From positions 102 through 64,101 of the forward strand of contig DASQHM010000052.1 of the NCBI GenBank assembly GCA_035632095.1: a stretch of DNA of 64,000 nt. Direction: 5' to 3'. Positions 45,474 through 55,996 of the stretch are shown here, in pieces. The notes under the pieces are model-generated. The model was given only the letters and a program-made list of their open reading frames with translations, was not told the DNA's origin and did not search any database. The position numbers and the translations under genes are program-made. The number at the start of each line of letters is the position of its first letter. Position 1 is the stretch's first letter. Origin of the DNA: Candidatus Cybelea sp. (GTDB lineage: Bacteria; Pseudomonadota; Alphaproteobacteria; Ferrovibrionales; Ferrovibrionaceae).

Positions 45474-46226
45474 GTGTCAAAAGCGATGCGGACCCGGCCT
45501 TCGCCCAACCACGATGCGCGCCCCGATGGGCAAGTCATCGACATCGTTTTGCTGCACTACACCGGCATGCGGAGCGCGGCGGATGCGCGCAAGCGGCTCT
45601 GCGACCCGGCTTCCAAAGTCAGCGCCCATTACGTGATCGACGAAGACGGCACGGTCTGGGCGCTGGTCGACGAGGCGATGCGCGCCTGGCACGCGGGTAC
45701 CTCAAGCTGGTGCGGTGCGACGGATATCAACGCGCGTTCCATCGGCATCGAACTGGTCAATCCGGGGCATGAATTCGGCTACCGGCCGTTTCCGGAAGCG
45801 CAGATGGATGCGCTGCTCGCGCTGGCCGGCGATGTCGTCGCGCGGCACAACGTTCCGCCCGCGCGCGTCATCGGCCACTCCGACGTGGCGCCCATGCGAA
45901 AAGAGGACCCCGGCGAGTTTTTCGATTGGGCGCGCCTGGCGAAATCGGGTTTGGGGCTTTGGCCGGCCAAGGATTTCACCGTGTCGTTGCATGCGCCTGC
46001 GATCGGCCCGGGTTCACGCGGGCCCGCGGTGCTCGATCTGCAGATTGCGCTGGCGGCGATCGGTTACGGCCTTGAGGGCACCGGCGCGTACGATCCGGCG
46101 ACCGAAGCGGCGGTGCGGGCGTTCCAGCGCCATTTCCGCCAGCGGCTGGTCGACGGGGTGGCCGACGCCGAGACGGTCAGCCTCGCGCATCATTTGGCGG
46201 AGATCTCCGCTGGCAGCCCTGCTTGA
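45474..46226 (+). CDS. N-acetylmuramoyl-L-alanine amidase (amidase_2, AmpD-like) with C-terminal PG-binding domain
   Basis: 250 aa (GTG start at 45474, alternative ATG at 45486). Motifs VLLHYTGM, AHYVIDEDG, AWHAG, GIELVNPG and GHSDVAP. The C-terminal section (VLDLQIALAAIGYGLEGTGAYD) is PG_binding_1-like. Confidence 0.88.
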   Translation: MSKAMRTRPSPNHDARPDGQVIDIVLLHYTGMRSAADARKRLCDPASKVSAHYVIDEDGTVWALVDEAMRAWHAGTSSWCGATDINARSIGIELVNPGHEFGYRPFPEAQMDALLALAGDVVARHNVPPARVIGHSDVAPMRKEDPGEFFDWARLAKSGLGLWPAKDFTVSLHAPAIGPGSRGPAVLDLQIALAAIGYGLEGTGAYDPATEAAVRAFQRHFRQRLVDGVADAETVSLAHHLAEISAGSPA

Positions 46227-46264
46227 GCCCGGCTTGACCGGCGCCGAGCGCGGTCGTACCTAGG

Positions 46265-46666
<402 letters not shown>

Positions 46667-46875
46667 CCTGGGGCGCCGTCGATGCCCCGAGAAAACCGTG
46701 GCGCTGCCACGCTCGAACATACCAAGAACATAGTCTTGTCGCAGTCACGACTTAGAACGCGGCTATCCGGCATTTGGGCACCGGCAAATTCGCGGCAACT
46801 GCATCCAAGAAACCTTGGTCAGAAGGTGCGGTTCTTCTTGGATTTACGATGTTTTCACTATGTTTGGTCATTGAC

Positions 46876-46910
46876 GCCCATGACATCCCATGCTATCCCA
46901 TATCGTCCCA
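46876..46910 (-). promoter_or_regulatory. four phased TGGG(A/C) repeats, candidate MraZ operator
   Basis: On the plus strand: GCCCA-tgaca-TCCCA-tgcta-TCCCA-tatcg-TCCCA, with exact 10-bp periodicity. The minus strand reads TGGGA x3 then TGGGC, each with a 5-nt spacer. Lies 88-122 nt upstream of the mraZ start. A TTGACG hexamer sits at 46871-46876. Confidence 0.5.
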
Positions 46911-46997
46911 GGACACGTGTTGCCGGAATCGGCGACAACCGAGCGCCGGGACGATGGCGGGGGGCGACCCGTCGCACGGCACCAGGGGAACGCGGGC

Positions 46998-47444
46998 GTG
47001 GACGGGTTCATTTCCACATTCGTCAACAAGATCGACCGCAAGGGCCGGGTCTCGATCCCGGCCGATTTCCGCGCCGTTCTCGCGCGCCGCAACTCCGCCA
47101 AAGTGCTGCTGTTTCCTGCGTTGCACGTGAACGCCATCGAGGGCGCGGGCGAGGACTATCTCGCCGCCATCGAGCGCGACATCGAAGCGCTGCCGGCATT
47201 CAGTCAGGCGCAGGACGATATGCGCGATGCGATCTTGCCCAAGATCCACTGGCTCGCATTCGACAGCGAGGGCCGGGTCGTGCTTCCCGAAAGCTTGATC
47301 GCCCACGCCAAACTCAGCGATACGGCGGTGTTCATCGGCCGCGGCGCGAATTTCCACATCTGGAATCCGGCGGCGGTCGAAGCGCGCATGTCGGAAGCGC
47401 GGGCGCGGCTGCAGGCGCAGCGCCGCAACGGCGGCGGCGCATGA
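46998..47444 (+). CDS. mraZ: division/cell wall cluster transcriptional regulator MraZ
   Basis: 148 aa from a GTG at 46998 ([28 protein letters not shown]...). The second SpoVT/AbrB-like repeat is [12 protein letters not shown]. Confidence 0.9.
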   Translation: MDGFISTFVNKIDRKGRVSIPADFRAVLARRNSAKVLLFPALHVNAIEGAGEDYLAAIERDIEALPAFSQAQDDMRDAILPKIHWLAFDSEGRVVLPESLIAHAKLSDTAVFIGRGANFHIWNPAAVEARMSEARARLQAQRRNGGGA

Positions 47445-48397
47445 GCGCGGGCGGACACGTTCCCGTGCTCGCCGAAGCCGTGGTCAAGGCGCTATCCCCG
47501 AGCGACGGCGGGGTCTACGTGGACGGCACCTTCGGCGGCGGCGGCTATGCGCGGGCGTTGCTTGAAGCCCGCAATTGCAAGGTCTACGGCATCGACCGCG
47601 ACCCCCAGGCGATCGCCGCGGGCGACGCCGTCCGCCGCGAATTCGGCAGCCGTCTGGTTCTGATCGAGGGGCGTTTCTCCGAAATGGAATCCTTGCTGCT
47701 CGGCAACGACGTCCGTTCGCTCGACGGCGTGGCGCTGGACCTCGGCGTATCGTCCATGCAGCTCGACCAGCCTGGGCGCGGGTTCTCTTTCCGCGAAGAC
47801 GGGCCTTTGGACATGCGCATGGAGCAGCGCGGTCCGAGTGCGGCCGATGCCGTCAACAGCCTCGACGAACGCGAGCTTGCCGACATCATCTTCAAGTTCG
47901 GCGAGGAGCGTCATGCGCGCAAGGTCGCCCGCGCCATCGTGCGGGCCCGCGCTCGCGCGCCCATCGAGCGGACGCTGCAATTGGCGGAGATCGTCGCCGG
48001 CGTCGTGCCGGCGAGCCCGGGCCTCCACCCGGCCACGCGCACGTTTCAAGCGCTGCGCATCTACGTGAACGACGAGCTCGGCGAATTGGCGCGCGGGCTC
48101 GCCGCCGCCGAGCGCCTGTTGAAGCCGCATGGGCGCGTCGCCGTCGTATCGTTCCATTCGCTGGAAGACCGGCTGGTGAAGCGCTTCTTCCTGGCCCGTT
48201 CCGCAATTGCGCCGAAGCCGTCGCGGCATGCGCCGGCCGGCCCATCCCGCTCGCGGCCGAGCTTTCGCTTGATCGAACGCGGCGCCGTCAAGCCGGGCGA
48301 GGCGGAGATCGCCGCCAATCCGCGCGCACGCTCGGCGCGGCTTCGAGCGGCCGAACGCACCGAGGCGCCGGCCATTCCGTTGGAGGCCGCGGCATGA
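47441..48397 (+). CDS. rsmH: 16S rRNA (cytosine1402-N4)-methyltransferase RsmH (MraW)
   Basis: 318 aa with an ATGA overlap with mraZ. Motifs [20 protein letters not shown] and [10 protein letters not shown]. Confidence 0.93.
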   Translation: MSAGGHVPVLAEAVVKALSPSDGGVYVDGTFGGGGYARALLEARNCKVYGIDRDPQAIAAGDAVRREFGSRLVLIEGRFSEMESLLLGNDVRSLDGVALDLGVSSMQLDQPGRGFSFREDGPLDMRMEQRGPSAADAVNSLDERELADIIFKFGEERHARKVARAIVRARARAPIERTLQLAEIVAGVVPASPGLHPATRTFQALRIYVNDELGELARGLAAAERLLKPHGRVAVVSFHSLEDRLVKRFFLARSAIAPKPSRHAPAGPSRSRPSFRLIERGAVKPGEAEIAANPRARSARLRAAERTEAPAIPLEAAA

Positions 48398-48810
48398 GCA
48401 GGTCGCTCACCGTCTCCGCCATGATCGTGCTGTCGGCCGCCGCGTTCGGCCTCTACCGGCTGTCGTACACCGTGCAGCGGCTCGAGGACGAGCTGGCCGA
48501 CTACAACCGCGCGATCCTCGACGACCGCGAGGCGATTCAAGTCCTGAACGCGGAATGGAGCTACCTGACGCGACCCGAAGCGCTGGAGGAGCTGACGCGG
48601 CGCAATCTTGACATGCATCCGCTGCTGCCGGACCAGATCACGTCGCTTTCCGCATTGCCGGATCGCCCGCCTGTGGCCGAGGCGCCGCCCGACGCCCCGC
48701 AGGAACCGCCCGCGCCGGCGATCCCGTTGCCGAAATTCAAGCATCCTCCGGCCGCGTCCGGAATGACCGGCGTGGTTCCCGTGGCCGCCAACGAGCGGGG
48801 TTTGCGATGA
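48394..48810 (+). CDS. ftsL: cell division protein FtsL (alphaproteobacterial type)
   Basis: 138 aa with an ATGA overlap with rsmH. One N-terminal TM helix ([15 protein letters not shown]), then a coiled segment, then a Pro-rich tail. Called from its position between rsmH and ftsI. Confidence 0.75.
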   Translation: MSRSLTVSAMIVLSAAAFGLYRLSYTVQRLEDELADYNRAILDDREAIQVLNAEWSYLTRPEALEELTRRNLDMHPLLPDQITSLSALPDRPPVAEAPPDAPQEPPAPAIPLPKFKHPPAASGMTGVVPVAANERGLR

Positions 48811-50648
48811 TCCGCAAGCCCGCCTATTGCCGCCCGCGGCGCCCGTGCACGCCGGCGGATTTGCAATCGCGCGCCGAATTGGTGCGCCTCGACGGTGCGG
48901 CAAAGCTGGCCATCGAGACCGGCCGCACGCGGCTCGTGGTCGCCGGCGGATTGTTTGCCGTGTGCTTCGCCATTCTCGCGGCCCGGCTCATCGATCTCAC
49001 CTTGATCCAAGGCGGCGAGCAGCCTCCGGCGGCTCGCCTGGAGACGCAGATCGCACTGGTCGATCGCCAGCCGACCGTGGAGCGCGCCTCGATCGTCGAT
49101 CGCAACGGCGTCATGCTGGCGATCAATCTGCACACGGCTTCGGTCTATGCCGATCCGCGCAAATTGACCAACCCGCGCGAGGCGGCGACCAAGCTGGTGA
49201 AGGTGCTGCCCGAGCTTTCGCAGGCGGCCTTGTTGCAGAACTTCACCAGCGCCAAGAGCTTCGTGTGGATCAAGCGCAATCTGACGCCGAAGCAGGAATA
49301 CGCCGTCAACGCGCTCGGCATTCCCGGCGTCATGTTCCAGGACGAGCAGCGCCGCGTCTATCCGCAAGGCCCGCTAGCGGCCCATGTGCTCGGCTTCACC
49401 AACGTCGACAACAAGGGCATCGCCGGCATCGAGCAATTCTTCGACGATCGCCTGCGCGATCCGCTCCGCGTCACCCAGCCGCTTCGCCTTTCAATCGACG
49501 TGCGGATCCAGCACGCGTTGCGCGATGAGCTGACGGAGTCGGTGCAGACGTTTCACGCTCTCGGCGCCGCCGGCGTGGTGATGGACGTGCACACGGGCGA
49601 ACTGCTCGCCATGGTCTCGCTGCCCGACTTCGACCCGACCCAAGCCAATGAGGCGACCAAGGACGAGCTCTTCAACCGCGCAACGCTCGGCGTCTACGAA
49701 ATGGGTTCGGTGTTCAAGACCTTCACCATGGCCATGGCGCTCGATCAGCATTCGGTGGGCATGACCGGGGGCTACGACGCCACCAATCCGATCCACATTG
49801 CGCGCTTCACCATCTCGGACGACCACCCGCAGCGGCGCTGGCTGTCGGTGCCCGAGATCTACATGTACTCGTCGAACATCGGCGCAGCGAAGATGGCCCT
49901 GGATGTCGGCCCGCAGCGTCAGCACGATTTCCTCGAGAAGATGGGCATGCTGCGCAAGCCGGCGGTCGAACTGCCGGAAGTCGGCGCGCCGCTGGTGCCG
50001 CACCACTGGGCCCAGATCGAGACCATGACCATCGCGTTCGGCCATGGCCTGTCGGTGAGCCCGCTGCAGCTCGCGACCGGCGCCACGGCCGTGGTGAACG
50101 GCGGCGTTCTGGTGCCGCCGACCTTGATCAAACGGGATCCGGGCCAGCCGCTTCCCGCCAACCGCGTCATTTCCGCCAAGACCTCCGACGAAATGCGCCG
50201 ACTCATGCGGCTCGTTGTCGAACGGGGTACGGGCAAGTTCGCGGAGGCGCCCGGCTATCTGGTCGGCGGCAAGACGGGCACCGCCGAGAAGATCGGTAAC
50301 GGCGGATATCGCCGCCATGCCAATCTTTCGTCCTTCGTGGCGGCGTTTCCGATCAACGAGCCGCGCTATGTCGTGCTGGCGGTGATCGACGAACCGCACG
50401 GCACCAAGGATACCCACGGGTTCGTCACCGCGGGCTGGGTCGCGGCGCCCGCCGTATCGCGCCTCATCACGCGCATCGCGCCGATCCTCGGCGTTCCGCC
50501 GGTCGATGAGGACGCACCTGCGATCAAGGCGGCGCTGGCGATCCCGTCCATGGCCAAGGACCAGTCGCGCCAGCGCTCGGCAGAAACGGCCGGCGCGACG
50601 GCGCCTGCGGCGCACAGGCCGGAGGAGAAGAAACTTGCGGCTTTCTGA
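48807..50648 (+). CDS. ftsI: peptidoglycan D,D-transpeptidase FtsI (PBP3)
   Basis: 613 aa with an ATGA overlap with ftsL. TM anchor, then SxxK (GSVFKTF), SxN (YSSNIG) and KTGT motifs. Confidence 0.92.
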   Translation: MIRKPAYCRPRRPCTPADLQSRAELVRLDGAAKLAIETGRTRLVVAGGLFAVCFAILAARLIDLTLIQGGEQPPAARLETQIALVDRQPTVERASIVDRNGVMLAINLHTASVYADPRKLTNPREAATKLVKVLPELSQAALLQNFTSAKSFVWIKRNLTPKQEYAVNALGIPGVMFQDEQRRVYPQGPLAAHVLGFTNVDNKGIAGIEQFFDDRLRDPLRVTQPLRLSIDVRIQHALRDELTESVQTFHALGAAGVVMDVHTGELLAMVSLPDFDPTQANEATKDELFNRATLGVYEMGSVFKTFTMAMALDQHSVGMTGGYDATNPIHIARFTISDDHPQRRWLSVPEIYMYSSNIGAAKMALDVGPQRQHDFLEKMGMLRKPAVELPEVGAPLVPHHWAQIETMTIAFGHGLSVSPLQLATGATAVVNGGVLVPPTLIKRDPGQPLPANRVISAKTSDEMRRLMRLVVERGTGKFAEAPGYLVGGKTGTAEKIGNGGYRRHANLSSFVAAFPINEPRYVVLAVIDEPHGTKDTHGFVTAGWVAAPAVSRLITRIAPILGVPPVDEDAPAIKAALAIPSMAKDQSRQRSAETAGATAPAAHRPEEKKLAAF

Positions 50649-52089
50649 TCTCATCGATGATCGGACGCTCGACGTGGGCTGCGATCTGGAGATCAGCGGT
50701 CTTACGGCCGATAGCCGCGAGGTGCGGCCGGGCTACTTGTTCGCGGCCCTGTCGGGCGCGCGCCAGGAGGGCGCCGATTTCGTTGGCGATGCGGTGCGCC
50801 GCGGTGCCGTCGCGGTCTTAACCGACCGCGCCCATGCGATACCGAGCGGCGATCTGGCAGTGATCGTCGATACCAATCCGCGGCGTCGCTTGGCGTTTCT
50901 CGCGGCGCGTTTCTACGGGGCGCAACCGTCCGTCATCGCCGCAGTCACGGGCACCAACGGCAAGACCTCTGTCGCGAGCTTCACCCGGCAAATCTGGGGC
51001 CGCCTCGGCCACGCTGCCGCGTCTCTCGGCACGCTTGGGGTCGTTGCGCCCGGGTTCGATCTGCCGCTCGGGCACACCACGCCCGATCCCGTCATGCTGC
51101 ACCGCCTGCTCGCGGAATTGCACCGCCGCGGCATCGAGCATTTGGCGCTTGAAGCGTCAAGTCACGGTCTCGACCAGTACCGGCTGGACGCCGTGAAGGT
51201 GACGGTCGCCGGCTTCACCAACTTGAGCCGCGACCACTACGACTATCATACGTCGAGCGAGGCGTATCTCGGCGCCAAGCTTCGGTTGTTCGACGCAATC
51301 CTGGAACCGCGCGGCGGCGCCGTGGTGAACGCCGACGCGGACGTCTTTCCGGCGGTGGCAGCCGTATGCCGCGGCCGCGGCCATCGGCTGATCAGTTACG
51401 GCCGCGACGGATCCGAGCTCCGCATCATCGACATCGCCTCGACCGCCCGCGGCCAGCGGATCGACGCGGAAGCCTTCGGCAAGCGCGTCGCGATCGATCT
51501 GCCTCTGGCAGGCGCCTTCCAGGCCGGCAACGCGCTTTGCGCGTTGGGTCTTGTGGTCGCCGCGGGCGGCGATATGGAAGCGGCGCTCGCGGCGCTCGAA
51601 CACCTGGAAGGCGTGCCCGGACGGCTGCAGCTGGTGGCGCGGCATCCGAACGGCGCCCCGATTTTCGTCGACTATGCGCATACGCCTGATGCGCTTGCGA
51701 CGGTCCTGGGCGCGCTTCGGCCCCATGCCGAAAGCCGGCTTTGCGTCGTGTTCGGCTGCGGGGGCGATCGCGACCGGGGCAAACGCCCGGAGATGGGCCG
51801 CATCGCCGCACACATGGCCGACCGTGTGATCGTCACCGACGACAATCCGCGCAGCGAAGATCCGGCGGCGATTCGCCAGGCAATCATGGAAGCTTGCCCC
51901 GACGCCGAAAACATCGGCGACCGCGCGGCCGCGATCTATTCCGGCGTGACCGGCCTCGGCGACGGCGACCTGCTGGTAATCGCCGGCAAGGGTCACGAGC
52001 GCGGACAGATCGTCGGATCGGAGACGCGGCCTTTCGACGACGCCGAAGTTGCCCGCGCCGCCGTCGCCAGCATCGGGGGCGCGCACTGA
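50635..52089 (+). CDS. murE: UDP-N-acetylmuramoyl-L-alanyl-D-glutamate--2,6-diaminopimelate ligase
   Basis: 484 aa from a TTG at 50635, preceded by GGAGGAGAAG, with a 14-nt overlap with ftsI. Motifs VTGTNGKTS and the DNPR motif (VTDDNPRSEDP). Confidence 0.9.
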   Translation: MRLSDLIDDRTLDVGCDLEISGLTADSREVRPGYLFAALSGARQEGADFVGDAVRRGAVAVLTDRAHAIPSGDLAVIVDTNPRRRLAFLAARFYGAQPSVIAAVTGTNGKTSVASFTRQIWGRLGHAAASLGTLGVVAPGFDLPLGHTTPDPVMLHRLLAELHRRGIEHLALEASSHGLDQYRLDAVKVTVAGFTNLSRDHYDYHTSSEAYLGAKLRLFDAILEPRGGAVVNADADVFPAVAAVCRGRGHRLISYGRDGSELRIIDIASTARGQRIDAEAFGKRVAIDLPLAGAFQAGNALCALGLVVAAGGDMEAALAALEHLEGVPGRLQLVARHPNGAPIFVDYAHTPDALATVLGALRPHAESRLCVVFGCGGDRDRGKRPEMGRIAAHMADRVIVTDDNPRSEDPAAIRQAIMEACPDAENIGDRAAAIYSGVTGLGDGDLLVIAGKGHERGQIVGSETRPFDDAEVARAAVASIGGAH

Positions 52090-53513
52090 TGGAAAGCTTC
52101 GCGCTCTGGACCTCGGCGGAAGCGGCGGCGGCAACCGGCGGCCGCAACACTGCCGATTGGGTTGCCAGCGGCGTCTCCATCGACAGCCGCAGCATCGACT
52201 ACGGCGAGTTGTTCGTGGCGCTGCACGGACCTAAGTTCGACGGCCACGACTACGTCGCCGCCGCACTTGCCGCCGGCGCGTCCGCGGCGATGGTCGACGA
52301 CGTGCCCGGCAATGTGCCGAAGGGTGCGCCGCTTATCGTGGTGGCGGATACGCTTGCGGCCCTCAACGCGCTCGCCGCCGCAGCCCGCCAGAGATCCGGC
52401 GCGCGCATCGCCGCGGTCACCGGCAGCGTCGGCAAGACGGGAACCAAGGAGGCGTTGAAGCTCGTCTTCGAGGCCCAAGGCGCGACCCATGCCTCGGGCG
52501 GCAGCTTCAACAATCAATGGGGCGTGCCGTTGAGCTTGAGCCGCATGCCGCGCGACACGGCCTATGGCGTGTTCGAGATCGGCATGAATCATGCGGGCGA
52601 AATCACGCCGCTGACCCGCCTCGTGCGGCCCCATGTCGCCATCATCACCACGGTCGAGGCGGTGCATCTCGAATTCTTCGATTCGATCCGCGCCATCGCC
52701 GACGCCAAGGCGGAGATCTTTCTCGGCCTCGAGCCGGGCGGCACCGCGATACTCAATCGCGACAACCCCTGCTTCGCGCAGCTTGCCGAGCGCGCGCACG
52801 CCGCCGGCGTGGCGAATATCATCGGTTTCGGCAGCCACGCCGAAGCGGACGCGCGTCTCGCCAATTTCGCGCTGCATGCGAGCTGCTCGTGCATTTCGGC
52901 CGATATCTGCGGCCAAGCCATCACCTACAAGGTCGGCATTCCCGGCCGTCATTGGGTGATGAACTCGCTCGCCGTGCTCGCCGCCGTGCATGCGCTCGGC
53001 GCCGACCTCGGCTTGGCGGGTCTCAGCCTTGCCGCGCTCTCGCCGCCGCAAGGCCGCGGCCGCCGGCACCATGTGGAGTACCGCGGCGGATTGTTCGAGT
53101 TGATCGACGACAGCTACAACGCGAGCCCCGTTTCCATGCGCGCCGCGTTCGACACATTGGCGAGCGCACGGCCCGGGCCGCGCGGCCGGCGCATCGCCGT
53201 GCTCGGCGACATGCTGGAGCTTGGGGCCGATGCGCCGCGTCTGCATGCGTCGCTCGCCGCCGACATCGAGGCCGCCGGCGTCGATCTCGTGTTCGCGGCC
53301 GGCGCCAATATGCGCGCGCTCTACGACGCCCTGCCGCCGCAGCGGCGCGGGCATCACGCGGCGAGCGCTGCGGAACTGATACCGGCGGTGCTGGCCGGCT
53401 TGCGGCCGGGAGACGTGGTCCTGGTCAAGGGCAGCTACGGCAGCCGCATGGGCGGCGTGGTCGAAGCGCTCTTGGCGCTGGCGGCGCCGCCGCCGCGCGC
53501 CGCGAACGGCTGA
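52089..53513 (+). CDS. murF: UDP-N-acetylmuramoyl-tripeptide--D-alanyl-D-alanine ligase
   Basis: 474 aa. The ATG overlaps the murE stop (TGATG). P-loop [12 protein letters not shown]. Confidence 0.92.
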   Translation: MESFALWTSAEAAAATGGRNTADWVASGVSIDSRSIDYGELFVALHGPKFDGHDYVAAALAAGASAAMVDDVPGNVPKGAPLIVVADTLAALNALAAAARQRSGARIAAVTGSVGKTGTKEALKLVFEAQGATHASGGSFNNQWGVPLSLSRMPRDTAYGVFEIGMNHAGEITPLTRLVRPHVAIITTVEAVHLEFFDSIRAIADAKAEIFLGLEPGGTAILNRDNPCFAQLAERAHAAGVANIIGFGSHAEADARLANFALHASCSCISADICGQAITYKVGIPGRHWVMNSLAVLAAVHALGADLGLAGLSLAALSPPQGRGRRHHVEYRGGLFELIDDSYNASPVSMRAAFDTLASARPGPRGRRIAVLGDMLELGADAPRLHASLAADIEAAGVDLVFAAGANMRALYDALPPQRRGHHAASAAELIPAVLAGLRPGDVVLVKGSYGSRMGGVVEALLALAAPPPRAANG

Positions 53514-53529
53514 CGGGGCGGGGGCGCAC

Positions 53530-54618
53530 ATGCTTTACAACCTGCTCTATCCGCTGGTCAGCGAAGTCAGCGTCTTCAATCTGTTTCGCTACCTGACCTT
53601 CCGCACCGGCGGCGCGATTCTGACCGCGCTCGTCGTCAGCTTCCTGTTCGGTCCTCGCGTCATCGAATGGCTGCGCGCCAAGCAGCGCAAGGGTCAGCCA
53701 ATTCGCAGCGACGGTCCGCAGGGGCATCTCGTCAGCAAGAAGGGCACGCCGACCATGGGCGGCATCCTGATCTTGCTCGGCATCGCCGCGGGCACGCTGC
53801 TTTGGGCCGACCTGACCAACGGCTATGTGTGGGCCGTCCTCATCGTCACGTTGGGCTTCGGCGCCGTGGGTTTCGCCGACGATTTCCTGAAGGTGTCCAA
53901 GTACAGCGTCAAGGGTGTTCCGGGGCGGCTGAAGCTTGTCCTGGAGTCGCTGGTCGCCATTTTTGCGGTGCTCTGGGTCATCTACTTGACCAAGCAGCCG
54001 CTCGGCACCTCCGTGACCGTGCCCTTCTTCAAGGACGTGTTGATCAATCTCTACTGGTTCTTCCTGCCCGTCGGAATGCTGGTGATCGTGGGGGCGTCCA
54101 ACGCCGTGAACCTGACGGACGGCTTGGACGGCCTGGCAATCGTGCCCGTCATGATTGCAGCGGCTAGTTTTGGCCTGATCGCATATCTTGTAGGTAATTC
54201 TGTATTTTCCAACTATTTGCAGATACATTTTGTACCCGGTGCAGGTGAATTGGCCGTATTTTGTGGTGCCTTGGTCGGGGCTGGTCTTGGCTTTCTTTGG
54301 TTCAACGCCCCGCCGGCCATGGTCTTCATGGGCGACACGGGCTCGCTGGCGATCGGCGGAGCGCTTGGCGCCATCAGCGTCGTGACAAAGCACGAGCTCG
54401 TGCTCGCCATCATCGGCGGCCTGTTCGTGCTGGAAACGGTATCGGTGATCGTTCAGGTGGTGTCCTTCAAGTTGACCGGCCGGCGCGTGTTCAAGATGGC
54501 GCCGCTTCACCATCACTTCGAGCAGAAGGGCTGGGCCGAGGCGACCGTGGTGATCCGCTTCTGGATCATCGCCGTGGTCCTGGCCTTGGCCGGGCTCGCA
54601 ACGCTCAAGCTGCGGTGA
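53530..54618 (+). CDS. mraY: phospho-N-acetylmuramoyl-pentapeptide-transferase
   Basis: 362 aa and polytopic. Motifs [40 protein letters not shown] and PLHHHFE. Confidence 0.95.
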   Translation: MLYNLLYPLVSEVSVFNLFRYLTFRTGGAILTALVVSFLFGPRVIEWLRAKQRKGQPIRSDGPQGHLVSKKGTPTMGGILILLGIAAGTLLWADLTNGYVWAVLIVTLGFGAVGFADDFLKVSKYSVKGVPGRLKLVLESLVAIFAVLWVIYLTKQPLGTSVTVPFFKDVLINLYWFFLPVGMLVIVGASNAVNLTDGLDGLAIVPVMIAAASFGLIAYLVGNSVFSNYLQIHFVPGAGELAVFCGALVGAGLGFLWFNAPPAMVFMGDTGSLAIGGALGAISVVTKHELVLAIIGGLFVLETVSVIVQVVSFKLTGRRVFKMAPLHHHFEQKGWAEATVVIRFWIIAVVLALAGLATLKLR

Positions 54619-54622
54619 GGCG

Positions 54623-55996
54623 ATGATCCCGGTCCCGCAATTCAAGAACCGCACGGTCGCCGTCTTCGGCTTGGCGCGGAGCGGCTTGGCCGCGATCAAG
54701 GCGCTCGCCGCCGGCGGCGCGAGAGTTCGCGCGTGGGACGATGCCGCGATGCGGCGCGAAACGGTGCGCGGCGCCGAGCTCGTCGATCTGGCGAAAGCCG
54801 ATTGGCGGGGAACGGCAGCGCTGGTGCTGAGCCCCGGCGTGCCGCTCACCCATCCGAAGCCGCACCCGGTCGTAACGAGCGCGAAATCCGCGCGCGTGCC
54901 GGTGATTGGCGACGTGGAACTCTTTGCCGGCGCCGGCCTGCAGGCCAAGCGCATCGGCATCACCGGCACCAACGGCAAATCGACAACAACGGCGTTGGTC
55001 GGACATCTGCTGCGCGTTGCCGGACGAACCGTCGAAGTTGGCGGCAATATCGGCCGCCCGATCCTCGATTTGGCGCCGCTCGGCCCGGACGGCGCCTACG
55101 TCATCGAGATGTCGTCGTATCAGATCGACCTGGCGCCGTCGCTGGTCTGCGACGTGGCGGTGCTGCTCAACATCACGCCCGACCACCTCGACCGGCACGG
55201 CTCCATGGCGGGCTACGTGGCGGTGAAGCGGCGCATCTTCGCCGGACAGCATGAGAACCAGACGGCGGTGATCGGCGTCGACGATGCAGACTGCGCCCGC
55301 ATCTACGACGCGTTGCGCCTGGAAGGCCGGCGGAAGGTGGTGCCGATCGCCATCGGCCGCCATATCGCCAACGGCATCTGCGTCGTGGACGGGCAATTGC
55401 GCGAAGACGGCGAGGCCGAGCCGGTCATCGACCTGGCGCGCTGCGCGGGCTTGCCTGGCGCCCACAATTGGCAGAACGCTGCCGCCGCCTTCGCCGTCGC
55501 CCGAGCGCTTGGCGTTGCCCGCGCCGACATCGTGCGCGGCCTGACCAGCTTTCCGGGACTTGCGCATCGCATGGAGCGCGTCGGCACGCGTCATGGCGTT
55601 TTGTTCGTCAACGATTCCAAGGCGACCAACGCCGATGCGGCCGCCAAGGCGCTCGCCTGCTATGACGCGATCTATTGGATTGCCGGCGGGAAGGCGAAGG
55701 AAGGCGGCATCGCCGCGCTCGAAGCATTCTATCCGCGCATCCGCCACGCTTACCTGATCGGCGAAGCGGCCGAGGATTTTGCCCGCACGCTCAAGGGCAA
55801 GGTCGCGGCCGACAAGGTGGGCACGCTGGATCGCGCCGTCGCCGCCGCCCATGCGCAGGCGCTGGCGGATCGCATGCCGAACGCGGTGGTGTTGCTGTCG
55901 CCGGCCTGCGCTTCGTTCGACCAATTCACCGATTTCGAGGCGCGCGGCGAGGCCTTCCGCGCCTTGGTCGCCGCTCTCCCGGAGCGCGCCGCATGA
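54623..55996 (+). CDS. murD: UDP-N-acetylmuramoylalanine--D-glutamate ligase
   Basis: 457 aa. P-loop ITGTNGKSTTTAL. Position and family pattern fit murD. Confidence 0.92.
   Translation: MIPVPQFKNRTVAVFGLARSGLAAIKALAAGGARVRAWDDAAMRRETVRGAELVDLAKADWRGTAALVLSPGVPLTHPKPHPVVTSAKSARVPVIGDVELFAGAGLQAKRIGITGTNGKSTTTALVGHLLRVAGRTVEVGGNIGRPILDLAPLGPDGAYVIEMSSYQIDLAPSLVCDVAVLLNITPDHLDRHGSMAGYVAVKRRIFAGQHENQTAVIGVDDADCARIYDALRLEGRRKVVPIAIGRHIANGICVVDGQLREDGEAEPVIDLARCAGLPGAHNWQNAAAAFAVARALGVARADIVRGLTSFPGLAHRMERVGTRHGVLFVNDSKATNADAAAKALACYDAIYWIAGGKAKEGGIAALEAFYPRIRHAYLIGEAAEDFARTLKGKVAADKVGTLDRAVAAAHAQALADRMPNAVVLLSPACASFDQFTDFEARGEAFRALVAALPERAA

Noticed and set aside
46670-46711. Hairpins GGGGC-N9-GCCCC and CGTGGC-GCT-GCCACG directly after rnpB as intrinsic terminators.
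   Set aside because: The stems are short and no U tract follows either, so I cannot support a terminator call.
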